From: a virus
Taxonomy: Duplodnaviria > Caudoviricetes
DNA: 52,927 nt
Virus record (IMG/VR): IMGVR_UViG_3300038330_000053
Span: 1 to 52,927 of that record
Strand: one strand, 5' to 3'
Positions 8,989 through 17,001 of the stretch are shown one piece after another (the stretch's first letter is position 1; every line of letters begins with the position of its first letter). Under the pieces are notes generated by a model. It was not told the DNA's origin and ran no database searches. It saw nothing but the letters and a program-made list of their open reading frames with translations. A program made the position numbers and the translations under genes.

Positions 8989-9800
8989 GCCTCGGCCTCC
9001 TGCGCCGCCGCGTCGTAGCCGGCCCAGAGGGCGAGGTAGTGCGGCTCGCACTGCGCCGGGGCCTCGATCTGCGTCGTCGCGAGCCACGTGTTGTCGCTCC
9101 GGGTCTGGAGCCAGTGGCCCGTCGCGTCCGCGTACACGCGGTACACCTCACCGTACTGGCTCGGGAGGCTGGCCCGCAGGGTGCCGGGGGCCATGGGCAT
9201 CCGGCGCTGCACGCCCTGGTGCTCGCTGCGGTCGGGATCGATGTGCGCGAGCACGACCACGTTGCACGGCAGCCCGGAGAACCGATTCAGCAGCATCCGC
9301 TCCAGCAGATCCTTGGAGTTGAAGTACCAGCGGCGCGCGTCCTCGGCGTTGGGGTTGACCACGAACTGGTCCCAGCGGCGGGCGGCGATCTCCATGGAGG
9401 TGACGGAGTCAAGGACGACGGTGCGCCACGCGGGCTGGTCGTCCTGGATGCCGGCCATCCTCTGCATGAATCGCGGGTAGGTGTTGGGGATCATGTCCTT
9501 GATGATGGTCCCCGCCTTCAGGTGCTGCTCCACCGGGGTGATCCAGTCGGTGTCGTGGTAGTACTCGATCCGCTTCAGCAGGGTGCCCTTGCGCGAGAAC
9601 ACCTCGCGATAGCGGGTGCCGTGGCCATCGAGCTTCAGGTCCCCGATCACGAGGTGCCGGCCCTTGAGATAGGGCATGTCCTTTCCGTAGGCATCGAAGC
9701 AGCAGACCAGCTTGGGATTGGGGAACGTGTCGGCCAGCGACGACTTGCCGCCGCCGCTGTCCCCGTACGCCAGCACGTGCAGCGCAGGTCGATCAGGCAT
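8985..9800 (-). CDS. Sak4/AAA_24-like recombination ATPase
   Basis: YGDSGGGKS Walker A, VVLDSVT Walker B, VVVLAH; GAGGAGG RBS; near a nuclease and an SSB. Confidence 0.85.
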   Translation of the reverse strand: MPDRPALHVLAYGDSGGGKSSLADTFPNPKLVCCFDAYGKDMPYLKGRHLVIGDLKLDGHGTRYREVFSRKGTLLKRIEYYHDTDWITPVEQHLKAGTIIKDMIPNTYPRFMQRMAGIQDDQPAWRTVVLDSVTSMEIAARRWDQFVVNPNAEDARRWYFNSKDLLERMLLNRFSGLPCNVVVLAHIDPDRSEHQGVQRRMPMAPGTLRASLPSQYGEVYRVYADATGHWLQTRSDNTWLATTQIEAPAQCEPHYLALWAGYDAAAQEAEA

Positions 9801-9834
9801 GAGGGCCTCCTCGGTGAGGGTGAGGGGCTAAGGG

Positions 9835-10026
9835 TTAGGCCGCGCGCCGGTCGGCTAGCTTCAAGAGGGCGTCGAAGATCTCCTTGACGAGGACCAGGGC
9901 CTCCTCCTTGGAGAGGTACTCGTGGCGCAGCCCCTTGTTGCGGTCGTCCGTGCTGCGGGTTCCGTTCGACACCGTCAATTCGATGTTGCCGGGCATCACG
10001 GTGCTCACGAGAGCGGTCACGGCCAT
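9835..10026 (-). CDS. Hypothetical protein (MAVTALVS...); in-frame GTG at 10131 is an alternative start
   Basis: GAGGAGGAG RBS before ATG 10026. Confidence 0.55.
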   Translation of the reverse strand: MAVTALVSTVMPGNIELTVSNGTRSTDDRNKGLRHEYLSKEEALVLVKEIFDALLKLADRRAA

Positions 10027-10127
10027 GTCATCTCCTCCTCCATGGTTGATGTGGGTGCGGGCGAGGTCACGCTCGCGCGTGCGCTCCGCGAGAAGCCGGC
10101 GCAGCCACGCGCACTCGTCCTCGGGCG

Positions 10128-11108
10128 TCACGGCTGGGCCTGGACCAGAGCGGTGGCGTGGTCGTAAGGGGACCACGGATCGAGGACGAGGTTGCCGTCC
10201 GTGATGTAGGACATGGGCCGGCCCAGTTTGCAGAAGTCGCGGAAGGAACACCAGCGGCACACGGTTCCCGCGTTGAACATGCCTTGCATCCGCACGTTCG
10301 GCAGGCTCTCGATGGTGGGGAAGCGGTCGCGCTTGGCCTCGTAGCGCCGCGCGAGGTGGAGCATGGACTTGCGCCACTCCTCCAGTTGGTCCGGCGTCCG
10401 CGACACGACGACGGTCTGGAAGGTCGCGTGCAGATCGCCGCACTCATCGTAGAGAACCTTGTGAGTGGGGCAGCGCTTGGGGGCCTGACCGCCCGGCGTG
10501 ATGCCGCCCGGCAGCTTGGAGAACTCCACCGCGTTCAAGAACGCGCCGGCCACGGGCTTGCCCACGTGCTGCTGCGCGGCCCAGATGTAGCCGCTCAGTT
10601 GGGAGTCCAGCGAGAAGGCGTCGAGCCAGGGCGCGCTGATCTGGCCCGTGGTCTTGTGCTCCAGGACCCAGAGGGCCCCCTGGTACTCCACCACGCCGTC
10701 GAGCCGCCCACAGAAGATGATGGAGCCGTCGTCCACCAGGGGGAAGGCGAAGCCCACCTCGATCAGGCTGGGCGTCACGATGTAGGGGCGGGTGGCGACC
10801 GGATTCTGCTCCAGCCACCGGCTGACGATGCGCACGAGGTTGTCGTAGGAGAGGCGGTCGTGGGCCGCGACGTTGTCGTAGCTCCACGTGCGGTACGAGT
10901 TCTGGAAGGCCTCCAGACTCTCGGCGTACGAGCCTCCCTTGAAGTGGACCTCGGCCATCTGGTGGTAGGCCGTGCCGGCCCGCAGGGCCGCGCGATCCTC
11001 GGGCGTGACGTAGCCCCAGGCGTAGCGCAGCATGACCTCGGTGCTGCACCGGGCCTCGGCCTTCGCGGTCGAGTTGTCGATGTACAGGATGCTCTTGGGG
11101 TCAGTCAC
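10128..11108 (-). CDS. PD-(D/E)xK RecB/Cas4-like exonuclease with Cys cluster
   Basis: GTAYH, GRLDG...EHKTT, QLSGY, C-terminal CRWCSFRDFC; GTGA-coupled start. Confidence 0.88.
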   Translation of the reverse strand: MTDPKSILYIDNSTAKAEARCSTEVMLRYAWGYVTPEDRAALRAGTAYHQMAEVHFKGGSYAESLEAFQNSYRTWSYDNVAAHDRLSYDNLVRIVSRWLEQNPVATRPYIVTPSLIEVGFAFPLVDDGSIIFCGRLDGVVEYQGALWVLEHKTTGQISAPWLDAFSLDSQLSGYIWAAQQHVGKPVAGAFLNAVEFSKLPGGITPGGQAPKRCPTHKVLYDECGDLHATFQTVVVSRTPDQLEEWRKSMLHLARRYEAKRDRFPTIESLPNVRMQGMFNAGTVCRWCSFRDFCKLGRPMSYITDGNLVLDPWSPYDHATALVQAQP

Positions 11109-11272
11109 GAGCCGATCCTCCAGCCCTCCGCGTCTTCGTGCGCGGTGATGTGGTCGGGGTGGAAGCCGTAGCCCCCGCCCGTGTCGATCCAATCTATGGC
11201 ATCATCGTCCTTGACCCCCAGCGCCTCAACGCGCAGCTTGAACTCGCCCCACGTCATCTGTCGCGGTTTCAT
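11105..11272 (-). CDS. Hypothetical protein (MKPRQMTWGEFK...)
   Basis: AAGGAGG RBS and an upstream promoter. Confidence 0.6.
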   Translation of the reverse strand: MKPRQMTWGEFKLRVEALGVKDDDAIDWIDTGGGYGFHPDHITAHEDAEGWRIGS

Positions 11273-11294
11273 TTGCTTTGGCCCTCCTTGGCTC

Positions 11295-11323
11295 AGTGTC
11301 GCGCATCGTTGGCTCGCTGTCAA
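11295..11323 (-). promoter_or_regulatory. Sigma70-type promoter TTGACA-17-GACACT
   Basis: Consensus -35, 17-bp spacer, intergenic. Confidence 0.7.
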
Positions 11324-11372
11324 GAGAAACCTTCGCTCGGCAGCGGCAGCCTGGGCCGGGATGTCCCTACTC

Positions 11373-11726
11373 CTAGACTTTGGGCTGCTTGCGGGGCCGG
11401 ATCATGGGGATGCCGCGCGGAACGAGGAGCCCGCCCTCGTGTGAGCCACCGGCCCGCACGTGCAGGCGGTACTGCCAGAGCCCCATGCCGATGTAGCGGC
11501 GATCCACTGTGTGGCTGCCAAACCGGGCCTTGCGGAAGTCGCGCAGACGGGCGCTCACGCTGGCCTCCGGGTAGCCCGTGGCCTCCGAGATGGCGGCCAG
11601 AGACCGCCACCGACCGGCGATCATGTAGTCCCAGACGCGGCGGCGCTGGCGGGCGAGGCGCTCGCGGTCCCGCTCGGGCTCGTACGTCTCGCCGTCCGCG
11701 TGGCCGTCAAACTCCGTCGTCGTCAT
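11373..11726 (-). CDS. Winged HTH DNA-binding protein
   Basis: SLAAISEATGYPEASVSARLRDFRK...WQYRL pattern. Confidence 0.75.
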   Translation of the reverse strand: MTTTEFDGHADGETYEPERDRERLARQRRRVWDYMIAGRWRSLAAISEATGYPEASVSARLRDFRKARFGSHTVDRRYIGMGLWQYRLHVRAGGSHEGGLLVPRGIPMIRPRKQPKV

Positions 11727-12039
11727 CGTCCAGCCGGCTCACGAGCCGGACCTGTACCAACTCGATCCCCTTGTGTTGCTGAAACCGGATGGCCCAGGCG
11801 TGGCCGCACTCGCCGTCATAGACCAACTCGACGGCGGCGCGCCGCTCGCCCACTGCCCGCCCGACCACGCGGACGCCGTCCGGCGGCGTCCCCTCGAACT
11901 CGTCCGAGCCTCGGAGCGCTCCGACCTCACGGAGGTGGGCATACCCGAAACGACAGGCGGGGCACACCAGGGCCCACTCCCCGTCATAGAGGTCACCGTA
12001 GGTCAGGAACGCGGGCGTTGCTGGCTTAGGCCGTGCCAT
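11707..12039 (-). CDS. Hypothetical Zn-binding protein (CPAC...ECGH)
   Basis: Overlaps both neighbours in an operon-like arrangement. Confidence 0.6.
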   Translation of the reverse strand: MARPKPATPAFLTYGDLYDGEWALVCPACRFGYAHLREVGALRGSDEFEGTPPDGVRVVGRAVGERRAAVELVYDGECGHAWAIRFQQHKGIELVQVRLVSRLDDDDDGV

Positions 12040-12253
12040 TGCGGGCGGCGATCTTGGTGGCGGTCTTGGGGCTGAACCACTCGGCTTCGAGGTCCCGCAC
12101 GCCCCGGTCGATAGCCTCGTTGACTACTCGTTCCATGGTGGTCTTCTGGCCGGTGCGGGTCTCGATCAGGGCGGCAAGGGCGTGGAGCCGGTCGCGAAGG
12201 TCCGTCCGGAGGTTCCGCATGGAGAATGCCACGGTGAGGGTGGCGATAGGCAC
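12026..12253 (-). CDS. Ribbon-helix-helix-like regulator
   Basis: AAAGGAG RBS; FSMRNLRTDLRDRL...TMERVVNEAI pattern. Confidence 0.6.
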   Translation of the reverse strand: MPIATLTVAFSMRNLRTDLRDRLHALAALIETRTGQKTTMERVVNEAIDRGVRDLEAEWFSPKTATKIAARNGTA

Positions 12254-12294
12254 GGCGATCTCCTTTCAGGGGTGCTTAGCGCTAGACAGTGTCC

Positions 12295-12465
12295 CTAGCG
12301 GTTAGGGGTGCGCTCCTCGGCCAGCAGGCCCTCGGCCCGGTCCAACACGGAGTTGGCGAGGCCCAGGGTGCGGCCCATGGCCTCGTGCAGGCGCACAAGC
12401 GTCTCGCCCACGTCGCGGAGCGCGGCGACCGCAAGGGTCAGCGTCAGGCGCTCGTTGGGGGTCAT
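12295..12465 (-). CDS. 56-aa helical protein MTPNERLTLTLAVAAL...ERTPNR (not in ORF track)
   Basis: Hand-translated; ATGA-coupled to the HTH gene. Confidence 0.55.
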   Translation of the reverse strand: MTPNERLTLTLAVAALRDVGETLVRLHEAMGRTLGLANSVLDRAEGLLAEERTPNR

Positions 12466-12677
12466 GCGCTGCGACTGGTGGGCCGGTAGCTGGTGACCTC
12501 CTCCAGGCCCAGGGCTTCCAGGGTCTTGGGGCCGGGCTTCCGGTGACCCCGCAGGATGTCGCAGAGGTGCGACTGGCTGATCCCCAGGGCCGCCGCCGCC
12601 CCGCGCTGGCTCCCGGCTGCCGTGATGAGGCGCAGCATTCGCTGCCGGATCTGTTCGATGGTCGTCATCGTCGTCAT
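12462..12677 (-). CDS. XRE/Cro-like HTH regulator
   Basis: GSQRGAAAALGISQSHLCDILRGHRKPG. Confidence 0.85.
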   Translation of the reverse strand: MTTMTTIEQIRQRMLRLITAAGSQRGAAAALGISQSHLCDILRGHRKPGPKTLEALGLEEVTSYRPTSRSA

Positions 12678-12683
12678 GGCCCC

Positions 12684-12713
12684 AGCGTCGCAGATCCCTT
12701 GACCGCTGTCAAG
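12684..12713 (-). promoter_or_regulatory. Sigma70-type promoter TTGACA-17-GACGCT with palindrome CTTGAC-cgct-GTCAAG over the -35
   Basis: -10 lies 6 nt before ATG 12677; palindrome at 12698-12713. Confidence 0.7.
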
Positions 12714-13014
12714 CGCCGCCTGCGGCGGCAGGCGGCAGGCGGAGGTAGCGGCTAGCCGTGGGGCTGGCCCGGCGGGCCGTGGCGCGGGCCCGGAAGAGGA
12801 GGTGGAGGTCGGCCCGGGCCTCTGCCACGCGCGCCGCCGCTTTCGCGGCGGCTCTCGTGGCGATGGCCAGGGCCTCGGCATGGCCGGCGGCGGCCTGCAT
12901 GGCGACCTCCCACGTGGTCACGCGCTGCTCCAGGGCACGGATGTCCTTGCGCCGCTGGGCGATCAGCTTGTCCAGGGCCGCGAGCCGAGGTAGGAGGTTC
13001 CGCGCGCCCGTCAC
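12709..13014 (-). CDS. Ala-rich coiled-coil protein
   Basis: GTGA coupling at 13011-13014. Confidence 0.55.
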   Translation of the reverse strand: MTGARNLLPRLAALDKLIAQRRKDIRALEQRVTTWEVAMQAAAGHAEALAIATRAAAKAAARVAEARADLHLLFRARATARRASPTASRYLRLPPAAAGGA

Positions 13015-14108
13015 GACCGGCCCCCTCTGGGCTTGCGGCGGGGGACGAGCTTGACGAACCAGAGCCAGAGAGTGCCGCGTCGGTCGTCCTGGGTGCGGCA
13101 GGAGAACCGCATACGGCGGGCCACGGAGGCGGCGCGCGTTCGGTAGCTCTTCATCTCCTTCGCGGAGAGGCGCTGGAAGCAGAGGGCCTTGCCGCTCTTG
13201 AAGGTGCCGCGCAAGGCAACCGCAAGCGGGCCGGGCCCCTGCCCGTAGCCACCGGGCAGTCGCGGGGCCGGACGCGCTGTCACCTCCCAGGGTGTCCGGA
13301 TCGCCGCCGCCGCTGGAGGGACGCGCGGCTGGACCTTCCCCTGCAGGAGAGCCGGCGCAGGCAGGGGCGGCGCGGACGCGGGGCACGCTTCGCGGTGCCG
13401 ACCTTGCTGCTTGTACTGTCCCTTGCACGTGGGGCAGATCCAGCCGGTGGTCGGCGGGAACTCGATTGCGTGCTCGCTGAGCTTCTTGAAGAAGAAGGTC
13501 TTGGACCACTCCAACGTGGCGGCGGCGAGGATGCGGTTACCGTTCGCCTGCTCCAGGGCCTTCAGGATCTTGAGGCGCTCGGCCTGGGCCGGCGGCGGCT
13601 TCTCGACGGCGACGGGGGACGACATCGGCGGTGCCTCCTCTGAAGCTGCCGCCAGTGGCGGCGGCTCCGGGCTAGGGGTTAGCGGCGTCTCCGGCGGCGG
13701 CAAGATCGAGGGGCGCACTGCCTCCTCGATCCGCGCGGCAATGTCCGGCATCGGCCCCATATGCAGGGCGACGGACTCGGCTAGCGCCGTCCGCTGGACC
13801 TCGTCCAGCGGACGCATGGCGGCGACCTCGGCGTGAATGTCCACGCGCGCCTCCTTCCGCGCCACGCGCTCGCGCCAGCCCGGCAGCGCGCGGTACATCT
13901 CGGCGGTCAGGCGAAGCCACTCGCGCGTCCGGGCCTCACTGTGGCGTCCCTGGTCGTTGAAGCTGGCCCCGCCCCGGATGAGCGGGGTCATGAATCTGTA
14001 GCCCTTACAGGTCCACAGAATGCCGTGCGTCGTATGGCGACTCTGCTTGAAGCCGTGCCGGTTCAACTCCGCGAGAAGCTCGCGGTCAGTCAGGGTGCGT
14101 GTGTTCAC
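13011..14108 (-). CDS. Multidomain protein: HicA-like N-terminus, Pro linker, Fis-type HTH, Zn finger
   Basis: GTGA-coupled start; ERLKILKALEQANGNRILAAATLEWSKTFFFKKL; WICPTC...H..C. Confidence 0.7.
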   Translation of the reverse strand: MNTRTLTDRELLAELNRHGFKQSRHTTHGILWTCKGYRFMTPLIRGGASFNDQGRHSEARTREWLRLTAEMYRALPGWRERVARKEARVDIHAEVAAMRPLDEVQRTALAESVALHMGPMPDIAARIEEAVRPSILPPPETPLTPSPEPPPLAAASEEAPPMSSPVAVEKPPPAQAERLKILKALEQANGNRILAAATLEWSKTFFFKKLSEHAIEFPPTTGWICPTCKGQYKQQGRHREACPASAPPLPAPALLQGKVQPRVPPAAAAIRTPWEVTARPAPRLPGGYGQGPGPLAVALRGTFKSGKALCFQRLSAKEMKSYRTRAASVARRMRFSCRTQDDRRGTLWLWFVKLVPRRKPRGGRS

Positions 14109-14590
14109 GGGCGGCCCCCTTCGGGGGCCGCCGGCCAGGGGAGGTCGGTAAAGACGCGGACGTACGGAGCCAGGATCGGACGGGGCGGCCCCAGCGTCAC
14201 GGAGGAGCCGGGCGTCCGCGTGAGAGTCAGGCTGCAGCCGGTCACGCCGTCCCGGTCGGCGGTCGCGATGACGAGGACTTCCTTGCGGTCGTCGGGCGGC
14301 AGCGTCGAGACGCCGCCTCGGCGGCGGACTGCGTCCACTTCTGCGAGGCTCAGAGGGTGCGCCGTGGTCCAGGCCTCGTTGACGTGGGCCACGGCGGTTG
14401 CGCCGTCGCGCACCATGCCGACGAAGGCCTCGCGAAAGCTGTCCTTGTGCATCACGAGGGCGATCACCTGGAGCCCCTCGGCGGGGCTCCAGGTAAAGGC
14501 CATCGGCTGGTGCTCGATCAGATGGTCCTCGCGCGCGTAGATTGCGGGCGTGGTCTTCAGCAGCATGGCGAGGAGGTCGTCGCGGGTCAT
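14105..14590 (-). CDS. Hypothetical protein, 161 aa
   Basis: Start/stop coupling on both sides; globular composition. Confidence 0.65.
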   Translation of the reverse strand: MTRDDLLAMLLKTTPAIYAREDHLIEHQPMAFTWSPAEGLQVIALVMHKDSFREAFVGMVRDGATAVAHVNEAWTTAHPLSLAEVDAVRRRGGVSTLPPDDRKEVLVIATADRDGVTGCSLTLTRTPGSSVTLGPPRPILAPYVRVFTDLPWPAAPEGGRP

Positions 14591-14820
14591 GACGTGGGCT
14601 CCTGCCCCGTCGCCTTGCGGATGACGGCGCGGAGGGCCGCGAGGTGGTCACGGCGCAGATCCTCAATGGTCGTCTCGCCGTCGTCGTCGGTCAGGTCCAC
14701 GAGGATGCGGTTGAGGAGGATGAGCATGTGGGGTGCAGCCACCGTGAGGCGCGCCGCGTGGCGTGCGGCGTCGTGCGCGGCGTCTCTGGCGGCGAGTTGC
14801 TCCAGCTTGGTCGGCTTCAT
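14587..14820 (-). CDS. Small phage protein (AAPxxL...RAVIRKATG type)
   Basis: AGGAG RBS and an upstream promoter. Confidence 0.65.
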   Translation of the reverse strand: MKPTKLEQLAARDAAHDAARHAARLTVAAPHMLILLNRILVDLTDDDGETTIEDLRRDHLAALRAVIRKATGQEPTS

Positions 14821-14838
14821 GGTGTGGTCTCCTGGGCG

Positions 14839-14868
14839 AGTATCGCCTTTGGGCGGTTGCGCTGTCAA
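14839..14868 (-). promoter_or_regulatory. Sigma70-type promoter TTGACA-18-GATACT
   Basis: Consensus -35; intergenic. Confidence 0.7.
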
Positions 14869-14879
14869 GCGATGGGTCC

Positions 14880-15278
14880 TCATGTTGTCTGGCCGTACTC
14901 GTGGCGCGGGCACGGCGTCACGTCCTCGTCGGCGCAACTCATGACGCATGGGCCCTCGTGCGTGTCCTCGTACTCGTGGCCGTGACTGCACACGCGGACG
15001 TGCGTGGTCGTGAGCCCGCCGCCGACCTCGAAGAGGTCGGCGGGGGCGACGGGTTCGGCATCCATCAGGACAAAGGTGATCCAGGTGAACGTCTCGCAGG
15101 GGCACGCGGACACGCTGCACGCGGCGTGACCGTAGGCGAGGCCCAGCACGTCGAAGTGATCGGTGCGCAGGTGGCCGCACCGGCACGCCTCGTCTATCAC
15201 GGTCGCGCCGCCGGTCAGGTAGAACGGGAACGGGCTCGGAGCGAGGTGAATCTCGCGGGGGCGACGGCGGCGCGTCAT
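14880..15278 (-). CDS. Cys/His-rich protein with two putative Zn sites
   Basis: CRCGHLRTDH...CSVSACPCETF and CSHGH...C..C...CPRH; AGGAGG RBS. Confidence 0.65.
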   Translation of the reverse strand: MTRRRRPREIHLAPSPFPFYLTGGATVIDEACRCGHLRTDHFDVLGLAYGHAACSVSACPCETFTWITFVLMDAEPVAPADLFEVGGGLTTTHVRVCSHGHEYEDTHEGPCVMSCADEDVTPCPRHEYGQTT

Positions 15279-15820
15279 GACGTGGCCTCCTGGCCGCCCC
15301 CATCGAGGGCGATCACGGCGGCGTTCTCGGCAGCAGTGAGGAGCCCGCCGGGGTAGAGGACCTGACGACGCCGCCCCTTGTCGTCCTTCTGCAGGGCGTA
15401 GACGTACTGGTCGGCGGCGCGTGTGTGCTCGCGGGCAATGCTGATCAGCCGGTTGGCCTCGGTGATCTGCTCGTCGGTCACGTCCGCACCATCCGCGACG
15501 ATGGTGGGGTACTTCAGCCCCTCCTTCTTGGTCTCACCGGAGGGCAGCGTGATGGTGAAGAGGAACTCATCCGTGCGCGCGTGGCGGCCCCGCAGGATGG
15601 CGCGGCAGAGGTAGCCGTTCTCGCCCTTGATGACGAGGGGGATCGCGTGCTCGACCTTGCGAACGCGGAGGTGCCGCTTCGCGCGCTCCATCACCGACTC
15701 CAGCGTGGGCGCGGAGTACAGAATGTCATCGAGCGTGATGCAGAATGCGCCGCCGTCGGTCGCGGCAACGGTAACCGGAGTGCCGTTCACGTTCTTCTGG
15801 AAGGTGCCAACAATGGCCAT
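15275..15820 (-). CDS. Hypothetical early protein (MAIVGTFQK...)
   Basis: AAAGGA RBS; ATGA coupling downstream. Confidence 0.65.
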   Translation of the reverse strand: MAIVGTFQKNVNGTPVTVAATDGGAFCITLDDILYSAPTLESVMERAKRHLRVRKVEHAIPLVIKGENGYLCRAILRGRHARTDEFLFTITLPSGETKKEGLKYPTIVADGADVTDEQITEANRLISIAREHTRAADQYVYALQKDDKGRRRQVLYPGGLLTAAENAAVIALDGGGQEATS

Positions 15821-15876
15821 GGGTGAGGGTCCTTTCATGGCCGGCCGCCGGCTGGTGCCGCCGGCCGGGCTAGGGG

Positions 15877-16266
15877 TTAGCGCGCCAGGGGCATCCGGTG
15901 CCCGGCGTCCCAGCGGATGACCTCGCGGGAGGCAATCCGGCAGATGGTCTCGGGCTCCGCCACGACCAGCGCAGCGAAGAGGGCGCGGCACTCGGGGGCG
16001 TCGTAGGTCTCGGTCTCGAAGAGCATCATCCGGTACACGGCCTCCACGATGAGCGTTGCGCCCAGGTGGGTGAAGCCGTCGGACTCGGGCTCGACGCCCT
16101 CGCCGTCCTCGGGGCCGGCGTCGTCGTCGTCCTGCACGATGGCGTAGGCCACGCCGGCCATGTCGAGGTCGTGGAGGTATGCGCCCACGTCCTCGGGGTT
16201 GGGGAAGGTACGGGTGACCTCGCGGCCATCCTCAAAGGCGACGGTAACGGTGAAGGTGTTGGGCAT
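15877..16266 (-). CDS. Acidic early protein
   Basis: GGGAGG RBS; Asp/Glu-rich. Confidence 0.65.
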   Translation of the reverse strand: MPNTFTVTVAFEDGREVTRTFPNPEDVGAYLHDLDMAGVAYAIVQDDDDAGPEDGEGVEPESDGFTHLGATLIVEAVYRMMLFETETYDAPECRALFAALVVAEPETICRIASREVIRWDAGHRMPLAR

Positions 16267-16270
16267 GGCG

Positions 16271-16453
16271 CTAGGCCTCCCGGCTGACCGCCGGGCGGTC
16301 AGCCGACCTGGGGAAGGAGTGCCAGTGGCCGCAGCCGGCGCAGAACCAGCCAGACTGGCGGCTCATGCGACCGTCGCGGGGCGTGGCACAGAGGGGCTCG
16401 GTGTACTGGAGCCCGGTAGCGTCGGCGCGCTCGACGTAACAGTGCAGGCACAT
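16271..16453 (-). CDS. Small Cys-rich protein (CLHC...CAGCGH)
   Basis: GGAGG RBS; two CxxC pairs. Confidence 0.6.
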   Translation of the reverse strand: MCLHCYVERADATGLQYTEPLCATPRDGRMSRQSGWFCAGCGHWHSFPRSADRPAVSREA

Positions 16454-16456
16454 GGG

Positions 16457-16660
16457 CTAGACCTCCGGGATACGCCCCGCGTGGCAGGCGCAGGGGCACG
16501 AGGTGCCGGGCAAAGCATCGCGGTCGCGGCGGCACGCGCACCGGACGTGCGGGCGCAGCAGCGAGGCGGCGGCCCCTTCGGGGCCGCTGGTCAGGACGGT
16601 GGCGAAGTCGTCGGGAATCGGGATCACGTTGGCCTCCTGAGTGATCGGTTGCTTGCACAT
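16457..16660 (-). CDS. Small Cys-rich protein; start is either leaderless ATG 16660 or GTG 16627 (AGGAGG RBS)
   Basis: CAC...CPCACH; directly follows a promoter. Confidence 0.55.
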   Translation of the reverse strand: MCKQPITQEANVIPIPDDFATVLTSGPEGAAASLLRPHVRCACRRDRDALPGTSCPCACHAGRIPEV

Positions 16661-16666
16661 GAGCGA

Positions 16667-16695
16667 AGGTTACATGGACGCTGGACCGCTGTCAA
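16667..16695 (-). promoter_or_regulatory. Sigma70-type promoter TTGACA-17-TAACCT
   Basis: Consensus -35, 17-bp spacer. Confidence 0.8.
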
Positions 16696-16960
16696 GCGGA
16701 AACTTCTGCCGCGCCTGGGGCCGTCCCGGCCCCAGGCATGAGACGTAGAGCGCTGAGCCCTGAGTGCCCTAACGATGGGAAAGGGAAGGTCGCAGGCTGC
16801 CCCACGAGGCGACCGAGTCGCCCTCGGGGCGCACCGCCTATGCGAGTGTTTCGCAGGGCAGCCTGCTGTGGTGCGTGGCCGGGCTTGGGAACCGGCCTGC
16901 CGCATTGACGCGCGGCCCAGGTGGCCGCGCGCCCCTCTGCGTGGGTTGAGGGGGAAATGG

Positions 16961-16989
16961 TCCGGCCAGCCGCTTCGCGGCTGGCCGGA
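16961..16989 (-). terminator. 13-bp hairpin after the 17002-17742 gene
   Basis: TCCGGCCAGCCGC-TTC-GCGGCTGGCCGGA. Confidence 0.55.
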
Positions 16990-17001
16990 GGGCCCTGGGA
17001 T

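Noticed and set aside
10128-11108. Cas4 as part of a CRISPR system
   Set aside because: No array or other cas genes; its context with Sak4 and SSB indicates a recombination nuclease.
16740-16870. Hammerhead ribozyme
   Set aside because: No CUGANGA core paired with GAAA on the same strand.
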